From: the human T2T-CHM13v2.0 reference genome, Homo sapiens
NCBI RefSeq assembly: GCF_009914755.1
Contig: NC_060937.1
Strand: one strand, 5' to 3'
DNA: 64,000 nucleotides
Shown one piece after another: positions 42,917-55,732 of this stretch. The first letter of the stretch is position 1, and every line of letters begins with the position of its first letter. Both the position numbers and the translations under genes were made by a program. The notes under the pieces are model-generated. The model was not told the origin of the DNA. It worked only from the letters and a program-made list of their open reading frames with translations, and searched no databases.

Positions 42917-43675
42917 TGTATTAGTCTGTTTTCTGTTGCTTATAACAGAATACTTGAAACTGGGTAATTTATAAAGAAAAAGATTTTATTTCTTACAGTT
43001 ATGGGGGCTAAGTCCAAGGTCCAGAGACCGCATGTTTGAGAAGACCATGGTCCAGGGGTCGCATCTGGGGAGGGTCTTGTTGTTGGTGAGGCTCTCAGCA
43101 GAGCCCTGAGTCAGTGCAGATATTTGCATGGCAAGGGAGTTGAGCTTGCTAATATGCTGGCTCAGGTCTTTCTTTCTCTGCTTATAAAGCCACCAGTTCC
43201 CCTTCTGTGAGTACTCATTAATCCGTGGATTAATCCATTCAGGAGGCATAGCTCTCATAAAGCAATCACTTCTTAAAGGCTCCACCTCTCATTACAGACA
43301 CACTGGAAATTAAGCTTCTTTTGTTTCTTTCCTTTTTTTTTTTTTTTTTTTGAGACAAGTTCTCACTTTGTCGCCCAGGCTGAAGTGCAGTGGTACCATT
43401 AAAGCTCACTGCAGCCTCTGCTTCCAGGGCTCAGGTCATCCTTCCACTTCAGTCTCCCAGGTAGCTGAGACCACAGGTATGCACCACTACACCCAGCTAA
43501 GTGTTTGTATTTTTTGTAGAGATTGTGTTTCACCATGTTGTCAAAGCTGTTCTCAGACTCCTGGGTTCAAGCGATCCACCCACTCTGGCCTCCCAAAGCT
43601 CTGGGATTACAGGCATGTGTTACCTCGCCTGTCCCAGAAGTAAGTTTAAAGATGAGATTTGGAGGGGACACAGCA
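42917..43675 (-). mobile_element. MSTB-like MaLR LTR interrupted by an Alu
   Basis: TGTATTAGTCTGTTTTCTGTTGCTTATAACAG start; resumes after the Alu with GAGATTTGGAGGGGACA; TSD TGCAT/TGCTT. Confidence 0.85.
43318..43633 (-). mobile_element. Alu (AluJ-like)
   Basis: Poly(T) plus reverse Alu with the GCTCACTGCAGCCTC J-type diagnostic. Confidence 0.92.
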
Positions 43676-44499
43676 TGCTTGTAGTTATTTTTTTCTTATA
43701 AATCATATTGTAATTATCTTCTCTCTTAAATTATCATAAGAACTCCATTTTTAACAAAGTCTGGCATTTGAAAAATCCTAGAATATTCTTTATAAATTAA
43801 AATATATGCTGTTAGGAAGATTATTTAATGTAATGTATCGTGAATGTCGAAAAAAAGTAGAAACACTACAAGCAAGCCAAAGAAACTTTTATTTATTTAC
43901 TTAATTAGTCTACGAAAGTGTCCAATTTGTTCAGTGAATTGTGGCTAATGGGTGATGCTGTTAAGTCTCAAATTACCAGCGCTAAGCTTCATTTCTTTCG
44001 GTTTCCACTATCTGCTGAATGGAAGGAATAGAAAAGAACATTGCAGTGGAGATGGGTAAAGCAAAATGTGGAAAATTAATCAAAGAGGATGAGTAACTAA
44101 GAAAGAAAAATTAGAAAAATAGATGCTTTCCAGTTATCGATGCTTCTGTTTTTATCAATTGCCACCAAAACCAATATAGAAGTATCAATAGATGATTGCC
44201 TTTGTGTATTATAGAGGACTAGTTTCAAAATTACTTAACTGATTGATTGATGCCTAATTTGCTTGCTCGTTAAGCATCACAAGGTGTCCTGTACCAGGAA
44301 ACTAGGCACAAAATTTTGAACATCTTTTAAATATAATGGCATTTTCCTTTGTAATTTTGTGTATTGCAACTAAAAGACTATTAATAAAAAATCAAACAAA
44401 ATGGACCAAAATCTAGATTTGTTTTTGAAATATGGCATAATAATAAAATAAAATCAGGTAAGGGTTAATGGTTTTGAAACAAGCAGCCACGTGCAAAAA

Positions 44500-44622
44500 C
44501 TGCCCACACAAAAAAATGATAAATATTCCAGGAGATGGACAGGCTAACTACCCTGATTTAATCATTATGCTTTGTATCCCATAAAAACCTACAATTATCA
44601 CATGTCAACTAAAAATAAAAGG
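44500..44622 (+). mobile_element. L1MA/MB-like 3' terminal fragment
   Basis: GGAGATGGACAGGCTAACTACCCTGATTTAATCATT...TGTCAACTAAAAATAAAA. Confidence 0.6.
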
Positions 44623-45480
44623 AAAACAAGTTGATTAATGAAAAAAATGGGAAAGAATACAAAGCAAAAGGGACTAAAACACTACTTTAAGACCCTTATT
44701 CAAGACAAGGAAGCAGAAATGACCATGTTTTAAAGCTCCTAAACTTGAACCTCTGTGATAGAAGATTTTATTCAATGAAGCAGAGTTGTTAGGAATCAAT
44801 TCTCTATAAATTGAAGTAATAATGTTCCTCGAGCAAACACTTGCCTTATATAAACCCTTCATAATGACAGCAAATCAAGAAAACTATACAATGACAGAGA
44901 TTCATTTACTGTAGAAGCAAATACAGATAAGAGCTATAGCAAACCTTTCTGAAAGCTTTGTCTAACTAACCCTTCAAAGCTGAATGCTTTCAGCTGTAAG
45001 GGCTCTTCACTTTCCTTAGAATGTTTACTATTCACCAGAGCGTTTCTACAAAATTTGACCAAAGAGTTAGCAACAAATTATACTAATAATGACTACTCTA
45101 CTGGAAAAATGTGAAATATAAACAGCTCCAAATTGCTTGCAATTGAATGAAAGGTAGGATACATTGTTGTCTTTTGTTTGTTTTTCTTGCTTTTTTTTTG
45201 ATTTTTGCTAATCTTAATTCTTTTTTTCACAGTTGGCTAGGTGTTGAAATATTCTGAGGGAAGAGAAATGACAATGTAGACATTTATAATCTTGTATTAG
45301 CTTAATAGTACAGTTAATGTGTCATGATTATCATGTAGGTATAGTTTTACAAATGTGTCTGTCTAGATTAAGGAGGTTCAATATTAGTGCTAGTCTGCTA
45401 AGAATACTAATTATATTTTAAAATCATAAGCAAATTGAATTTTTCAACTACCTTTTCTAGATCTATTGAATTAAGCATAA

Positions 45481-48400
45481 TTTTTATTTTTTTGTATTTA
45501 AAACAATAAAACTTTTATTTTTGCTTAAAATGTGCAGCTTCTACCAATTGTCAAAATATAATCTCAGTTAAGAATACTCACCTCATTTTTTTTTTATCTC
45601 AGACTTGAAATAAGTTAGAAGAAAACAGAGTAAACAGCACATGATTTTCTTTTAATAGCACCTTGAAAAAGTACAGTGCACTAGCAAGGGCATTAAGAGG
45701 CGGGGAAATGCCTTCAGACCCAATGGTTATAGGGCACCGCAATGTATGTGAGAGCATAAGGAAATGTGGTGACACCATTGTCTTGGGTTAATGTTAATGC
45801 TTTATGAGAAGGAACTTGGTTAAAATAATTTCCTTAGAGGGCAGTTCAGGACCTTCATCAGCTTCCTGGTCTTTTTGCTCTGAAGCCTTCATTTTCTCAT
45901 TCTTAGCTTCTTTAGCCTGAAACTTAATTTTGTTTAGTTCAGGATCATGTTGGGACTTATTCAGGTTTTTGTGCTGGTAAAAGACAAGGGAGAGGTGAAT
46001 TGATTGACTAGGCTTTAGATGCTCACAGGAGTCATAGTGTGAAGCTCTCACAGGGCACACTGAATCAAAACTGAGCTGTGCCATGACCACCCGACCAATA
46101 TATGCAGCCAAAAATATGTGCTCACTGTCTGACCAATACTCACCTAGGTGGGACAATTTCTTTTCAGCAGGTGACAGGCAGTCATCAGATAGCAACTAGT
46201 TTGATAGAGGCTCATTTGCTTCAGAATGCTGCTCATCATCTTCCATCAAAGAGGCGAGGTCTTGAGAAGAGTTGAGGAAGGGGTGCTGCTGGCTTGGCTG
46301 ATGAGAAGTTAGTGGTTCAGTTAGACCAGTGGGAGGCTGAGAAGAAACCAAGGGCTCTGTCACAGGGGGAGACAGAGTGGGGGGAGAAGCCACTTCGCCA
46401 GGCTGTGCAATTCTAGAGCATTCCGCAGCAGCTGCATTGGCACCACTGAGTCTTCCAGAAGGCATCGTGCAGTGAGCAGTGGGGAATGCTACTTCTTTCT
46501 GAAAACCTGTAGGGGACTGTTGCATCCTTCTTCAATAGAGCTGGGTGGCTGAAGCAGTCTTCGGGGACCAGGAGAAGCCTGGAGATGGAATGGCCTCTTT
46601 CACTGGGTGACAAATGGATGGAATCAGAGAATAGGTTTTAGTGTTGTGGCCTCACAAATCTTTTTAGATAAAATAGGGTTCCTTTACTTTAGGTTGCACT
46701 GTCTCTGTTTTAATTGCGAAGATTGGCAGCAGTAAAGCCTTACTGAGGTTTATTGTTGCTGAGTTATTCCTCCACTTGATTTGGGGAATGGGTTTTTTCT
46801 CCACTGCCCTTATCTTACATGCAAGAACCTCCATCATCATCACAGCCCTCTTCTTCTCAGAACTTGGGAACAGGCTGAATGAAACATGTTCTTCTTTTTT
46901 TTTTTTTTCTTTGCATCAAGGTGCCAGGACCTCAATGGTCCCAGATTTGATCTTGGCTTCCATTCCCTCCCTTCAGCCAAACTCATCTGTGTCTGAAAGT
47001 GTATAAAGAAGTAGCACATGGAGCTGCTTATCTTGAGGAATAACACCCAAAGAGCAGTTATCTTCTTGAATTAAAGTACAAACCACAGTGCTTCCATTAT
47101 TCATGTTGTGAATGTCTCTGTGGGGTTGGGCAGAGAAGTCCAGGCAAGCTATGATGCCAGAGAAGGAAAAACTATTCTTGCTGCCAAGCTAACATTCTCG
47201 TGCAACATTTTCATGTTCCACCTGATTTTGGTAAGCTAATGGAGCATGTTGCTTATATATTGGAACTAATTGTGTAGCCAAATTCTTTAAGTTATCTTCA
47301 AGGTTTTTTTCCATGGCCTCATGTTCCACACAAATTTGTTCCAGTTTTATATATTGTCTTTCTGGATTATGTCCTTTAGTAATTCTTTCATAGTAGGTAT
47401 GTAAGAGAGAGCTTGAATCAATTCTAAATCTTCTGGAGCTTGGGCCGCTACCAAACTTACAGCCATTAAAGTACATACTCCATGAACAGCCAAAGGAGAA
47501 TGAAGTGCCACATGTCTCTGGATCAATTCCTTAACATGTACAGGTACGATTTTAATGGAGGGTGCATCTTCGGTTGGTGGGATGCATACTGTATGACCTT
47601 AGATTCTTGGTGAGCTCTGTGTACAGCCAGTCAGCCACTGAGAAGCGATTGCCATCCCACACCATGATGAGCATCACTATCACAGCAGTTGGACAGTGGT
47701 GGCCTGTACACTGCTAGACCAGAGAGCTTTTTCTGTATCACTGCTTCTTGTTAAAACCCACTTAATGATTGGACACCTATTAGAGCTTTTCCCTTCATTA
47801 CCAGTGTACACTACTGTTTCTATCCTTATTATGTTTCCTTTTTCACAATACATATTCACCATGATTTCCCTGACAGCAGCAACACCTGGTCCTGCCTCAG
47901 GTGTATATAATATGAGCCTTTGATTTTTCGTGTAACTCGATCAAGACAGTTGCAGGTGGGCAGTTCAGAATCTTTAGTTATAGACATCAGGTGTTTTGTA
48001 GGGATAGTAAAGAAATTCATGGCATATTCACCAGAATTTCTCTGTGCATGCTTTGCTGTGGAAAACTGATGTTTCAACAGTGGGTGAACCTACTTCCTCT
48101 TCACTTTTGGTAGAAACCATTGTAATTCCACCTGAACATGCAATATTTACACTCCTAAGAGTTGGTGCTGACTTCAGTAAGGATGTCTCATGAGAGATAT
48201 AAGGTAATGTTGTCAGTCTCTGGTACATGAGATGCTCTTTAACAGCAAGCATGGGCTTCTTTTTCCAACAATCTCCTGATGAGGTAGATTTTGTCTTTTT
48301 CTGGGTTGTGTTCTTTTACTTTGTTAATGATGAACTATGATTATTTTGGACACTTGAAGGTGGTTTCTATTGTATTACACCCTTCTCCTGATTGTATTTT

Positions 48401-51400
48401 TGCTGTACATTACATGCAACAAGGCTTGTCAGTGTACTTTCAACATTTTTGTCCTCTGGTTTTATATAATTGAAATTAATTATTGAAGCAAGTTATGTCA
48501 ACTGTATTGCAACATGTTCTTCAATTTGAGTATGAGCTGCATCTTGACCTGATAGGCCATCTATACCAATTTTTCTTTTTTGCTACTGTCCAGTAACTGG
48601 TTACAATATCCCAACTTGTTATTTTTTAGGGGCAACTGATGGAAATTCTTGCAACAACTGTCAAGAGTAATTCTACCTTGAGTAATACTTTCATTGGTAT
48701 CACTCTTGGATGAATTTAATTCTGGCTTAAAAAGAGATAACTAGCTGTTCTCTGCTCTGATTCTTCATCATTCTCTGACTTTGATGGGGAAGAATTCTCT
48801 GGTGGGGCTTCTGAGAGCTGAGTCAAGACCTCTATGGCTGCCACTTCCTCCAGTGTTAATCTCTTACCTTTCATTAAGGATAAGAGACTTGGTTGAGATC
48901 CATCTTTTGGTTCTTTACTTGGTATAACCTCAGGAGTTTGTGGTTTATCAACTTCATTGTGTGTACTACCATGACAGTGTATGTTGGAGTGTGAAGAATG
49001 TGGAATGGAATTGCAGTTAAAGCCAGACTGCTGGAAGACTAAAACATTACTTCTCCTTTGAGATGATAACAACTTGCATTAGTAGCAACAGAGCTCATGG
49101 CAGGTGTCTTTTAGGAATTTATAAGATTGTTTTTAAATGTCTTGCCAAATTCTTCAATATTAAATTTTTTAAATGACACATTTGTTTCCATTGATAAATA
49201 GTGTACATGTTTAGTGCCATTTCTTACAGTTTGTACAAACAATTTTGGAGGTTTGTCTCTTGTCAACTTCAGAGTTTTTCGATTTTTCAGCTTCTGGGAC
49301 ATTAGCACTGAAATCTCCTTTGACATGATCAGTTAAATGTAATTTCTTGTTTTACATCTTCTCCACCTCAATGGCTGTCATGCATTCTTCAAGTTTAGTT
49401 ATAATTTCAAGGGGATGTGGATTCAATTCCAATCCTTGTTCTTCCCCATCTATTGTAGTCCATGGATTCTGACTTGGGGACATTTACTGATTTGTTGTCA
49501 AAATCTGCCTTTAAAACTTTGAGTTTCTTTTCCCTCTGGGGTCTCTTGATTTCCTTTATAACCTCCAAAGGCACAATGACAGATGATGTCTTTTTCAGCT
49601 CCTAACATTTCCTCTTCTTAAGATCTGATGGCTGTTCTTTCTCTTCTTGCAACTAGTGCATTCACCAAAGTTGCACTTCTGCTGGTAGGGTTCACAGACC
49701 TCATATTGCTTTCATTTCCTTTTTTTTTCAAAGTGGGTGATAAAGTGGTTTAAGAAGGAGAAGAGGAGATACTGACCAGTCAAGCTGGCATAGTCACCAC
49801 TGTGGTGTTGACAACATGAACTGTGCTGGTTATGCTGACCTGGGAGCTCCCTCTTTCTGATTCGCTGGGACCTGCCTGGGAGAGTTGGGCAATACCCAGT
49901 GAAGCATGGAAGAGTCTTCTCTCAGGGGCTATTAGGAAACCCCGAGTGTTATCTGGCAGAAAGCTTATATGAACTTGCTTTTCATTTTCTACATTGCTTA
50001 TAGCCATTGCTGGAGGTAATGAATTTTTCTCTGGGGTTGATGATGATTGAGGAGTGTGTCCTGAGTCCAAAGGCAAAATGTATATAGCACTCTGGACCAC
50101 AAACCCATATGAGACAGTGCCATAGGGCTCAGGCCATTTGGGAGGAGCCTGATAGGTAGCACTTAGATTTGGAGGAACAGGAAGGAAGAGAGGCAAGTAC
50201 GGGGCAATGCCCCCACTCATACCAAGGGTTTGTTGTTGGTCTAAGATAGTACCAAAGAGCTCTTCTTGGACTGGAATAGCACCAGGAACCTTTGTTGGAT
50301 CTGGGGTCTTACCCAGGGCCTTGGCATGAAGTTGCCACTGATGTGGGATAGCACTGAAGATCTGTCCTAGGACAGAGGTGGTATTAGCAACTTCCTGTTG
50401 ATTTGTAGTAGCTTTGAGGGCCTCTTGATGATCTGGTTTAGCACCAAGGGTTGCTTGTTCTTAGCCTGCCAAAAGGAATTTTCTTAGACATGTAGAAGAT
50501 GTAGATCTACCAAGAGCCATCCAGTTTCTAAGGTTCAGTACAGGTATAACCTTATTAAAACTGGAGGTGGGATAGCAATCATATTCACTTTTAATGGGAT
50601 CTGTGTAAGAATCAGATAACTTAAGGGATTCTACTCATTAACCCAACTCTTCTAATTGAATTCTGGGGTTTCCTTGAGAGATAACTTTGGCAGTTGTTCT
50701 TTGTGGCAAAGGAGCACACACAATGCCCTTAGCAAACAGTCTTGGGGAACCACTAGTATCATTCAATGTTTCTTCAGAGAATAGTCCTTTACCACAGCAT
50801 GTCCTTTCCAATGGACAAGAAAGAATCTCAGCTGCAGGGCCACTGAGGGTAGGGATATTGATTTGAGAATGTTTAACCCTTTTGTACCAGGACTGAGTTG
50901 TCTCTTGGCTCTTACTTTTGATTAAAGAGGGATTTTGTACACCAGATAGAGCCTCTATATTAAGAAGAATGTGGTGTCTTGCATTGGGACTGAATCATTT
51001 TTTGAGCTCTTTCCTCCCAAGTCAGTGAGTATCTTATAATTATCATCATGTAGCTTTTCTAAACCCTTAGAAGGTGGAACTTTCTTGAAATTGGCTATGA
51101 CCAGTGGGGTTTGGGAGAGTCGCCTGCTAAGAAAGGTTCTTCTTAGAGCCACTGTGAGCCCACTGCAGGTTAAGAACCCTGGGTTCTGAAAAGAAACCTC
51201 AGTCCTATCCAAATTCATGTGTGCTGTTCCAGCTCTTGTCAGAAAGCTTCTGACTGGCATGGATGGTTTAGGTTCTGGTTTTTTTCTTAGCATCTCTTTC
51301 TTGAATTAATTGCTTTAATTTTCCAGGGCTTAAAGCCTTGACTGGTGCCACATTTTTGTTGGCTGTCTTGGATGTCTTCTGTAGTTTGCTGTTTCTCTTT

Positions 51401-51580
51401 TTGTTTGCATCTTTCTTCCTGACTAATCTGGAAGCCTTGTGTGGCAGGACCCAGACATAGCTGCAGGGTAGAAAAAAAGTAAGAGGCACAGGAAACAGTC
51501 CTTTGTCCTTTAGAAAGTCTCACTTTAGAGGATAATCTGGATGCAGTGTTCTTAATCTCATTCACACAAGGTTTTGGTGC
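45481..51580 (-). pseudogene. TET1P1: Processed (retrotransposed) pseudogene of TET1 methylcytosine dioxygenase; CDS remnant 51458 (ATG) to 45714 (TGA)
   Basis: Collinear ORF fragments match TET1 from the N-terminus (SRLVRK..LSPGKLKQLIQERD) through CXXC (~49600-49715), the Cys-rich region (MYFNGCKFG) and DSBH ([17 protein letters not shown] at 47114-47122; YWSDSEH; LSLVFYQHKNLN) to the C-terminal PYNHWV-stop. No introns, many frameshifts and stops. AATAAA at 45519-45514 with a poly(A) remnant at 45493-45481. The symbol TET1P1 is from recall; the 5' boundary is approximate. Confidence 0.95.
45514..45519 (-). promoter_or_regulatory. Polyadenylation signal of the source TET1 transcript
   Basis: Minus-strand AATAAA followed ~20 nt later by CA and an A7-T-A5 tail remnant. 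Confidence 0.7.
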
Positions 51581-51790
51581 TTACCAGTGCATTATGAGGG
51601 ACACAGATGATCACCCAAAGAGGACATACTAAGGGCATGGTTGTGGAGGGAGGTGTCACAGAGTTCCCATGCCCTGTCTGGGCACACTACCCTCACAGCA
51701 GCTCCAAGTGTTCAGCAAGTCCAAAACTCATGAAATCTCCTAGCTCAAAAGTTTTTATAGAAAATGATCTCCAACATGACCATCCTGACT
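51580..51790 (-). mobile_element. LTR fragment, MER21-like
   Basis: CACAGAGTTCCCATGCCCTGTCTGGGCACACTACCCTCACAGCAGCTCCAAGTGTTCAGC resembles the reverse complement of MER21 (from memory). Confidence 0.45.
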
Positions 51791-51873
51791 CTGCTCCCAC
51801 TGCCACCCTCTGCCTTTCCTGGAAGCTGGATCACTTTTTTGTTGTTTTTATATTGTGTAATATGTTGATAGAT

Positions 51874-54188
<2,315 letters not shown>

Positions 54189-54201
54189 TATGTTGATAGA
54201 T

Positions 54202-54985
54202 TTTAAAATGCTAAAATAACCTTGTAATTGTGGGATAAATGAAAATTATTTGTGAATCACATTCCTTTTTATATAACACTAAATTTGCTGTGGTAATATT
54301 TTAAGTTTTTGTACCTATTTTCATGAGAAACATTGATCTTTGATTTTTATTTTGTATAATGTCTTGGCCAGATATTATGCTGGCCTTGCAAACTATGTTG
54401 TGAAATGTTTCCACTTTACTATTATTTAAAAGACTTTTGCTAAGATAGATCCTATTTCTTCCTTTAATATTTGGTAGAATTTCTCAGTGAGTTTGGATAT
54501 GAGCCTGAAGTTTTCTTTGCTGGAAATTTTAAATATGATTTATTTATGCAATGATTGTAAATGTTTTCAATTCTCTGTTTCTTCCTAGTTCACTTTTGGC
54601 AAGTAGAGACATAAAACATATAGACTTTCTAAATTACTAGGATGATTTTAAAACTAGTATCCTTATCATCTTTTTACTGATGCCACATTTTTGTCTGTGA
54701 GTGTTGCAAGGATGCTCTTTTTGTATTGATACTGCATTTTAGTGCCTTCTCTCTTCCTTATGTGCTTGACATTGTCCAGGGTTCATATACTGTGTTAATT
54801 TCTTCATACAATCAACTGTTGGCTTTGCTAATTTTTGCTATTTGTTTTCTATTTCACATTTTTTCCACTTTTTAAAAAGTAATATTCTATATTTTGTACA
54901 ATATTCTCTTTTTCTAAATTCTAAATTTCTATAATGAATATGTAGATGATTAATTTGATGGCTTTTTTATTTTCTAAATTTGTCT
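54202..54985 (-). mobile_element. Old L1M remnant hosting the younger L1 insertions (continues ~55750-55950)
   Basis: Degenerate antisense ORF2 motifs (TATTTGGTAGAATTTCTCAGTGA, GAGAAACATTGATCT). Confidence 0.65.
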
Positions 54986-55001
54986 TGAAAGTTGTGTTTT
55001 C

Positions 55002-55732
55002 AATCTAAACCACAGTGAGATACCATCTCACACCAGTCAGAATGGCTATTATTAAGGAGTCAAAAAACAACAGATGCTGGTGAGATTGTGGAGAAAAAGG
55101 AACACTTTTGTGCTGTTGGTAGGAATGTAAATTAGTTCAACCATTGTGGAAAGCAGTGTGGTGATTCCTCAAGGAGCTAAAATCAGATCTACCATTCAAC
55201 CCAACAATCCCATTTCTGGGTATATACCCAAAAGAATATAAATCATCCTGTCAAAAAGACACACACGTGTATGTTTGCTGCAGCACTGTTCACAATAGCA
55301 AAGACATGGAATCAACCCAAATGCCCATCAATGATGGATTAAATAAAGAAAATGTGGTGCATATACACCATGGAATATTATGCAGCCATGAAAAAGAATG
55401 AGATCATGTCCTTTGCAGGAATTTGGATGGAGCTAGAAGCCATTAACCTTAGCAAACTAACACAGGAACAGGAAACCAAATACTGCATGTTCTCACTTAC
55501 AAGTGGGAGCTAAACAATGAGAACACATAGTCACATAGAGGGGAACAACAGACACTGGGACCTACCTGAAAGTGGAGAGTAGAAGGAGGGAGAGGATCAG
55601 GAAAAATAACTTATAAGTACTAGGCTTAATAATCAGATGATAACATAATCTTTACAACAAACCTCCATGACACGAGTTTACCTATAGAACAAACCTGCAC
55701 GTGTACCCTTGAACTTACAAGCTAAAAGAAGA
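55002..55732 (+). mobile_element. Older L1PA (approx. PA11-16) 5'-truncated copy
   Basis: GAGATACCATCTCACACCAGTCAGAATGG to CTGCACGTGTACCCTTGAACTT; TSD GAAAGTTGTGTTTTC (54987) / GAAAGTTATGCTTTC (55733). Confidence 0.9.

Noticed and set aside
45460-45480. Target-site duplication of the TET1 retrocopy
   Set aside because: No convincing match to the sequence following the poly(A) was found near the 5' end (51560-51860).
45794-51565. TET1-like ORFs as exons of a functional gene
   Set aside because: Fragments are contiguous without introns and broken by frameshifts and stops, and CXXC cysteines and the 2-OG Arg are lost.
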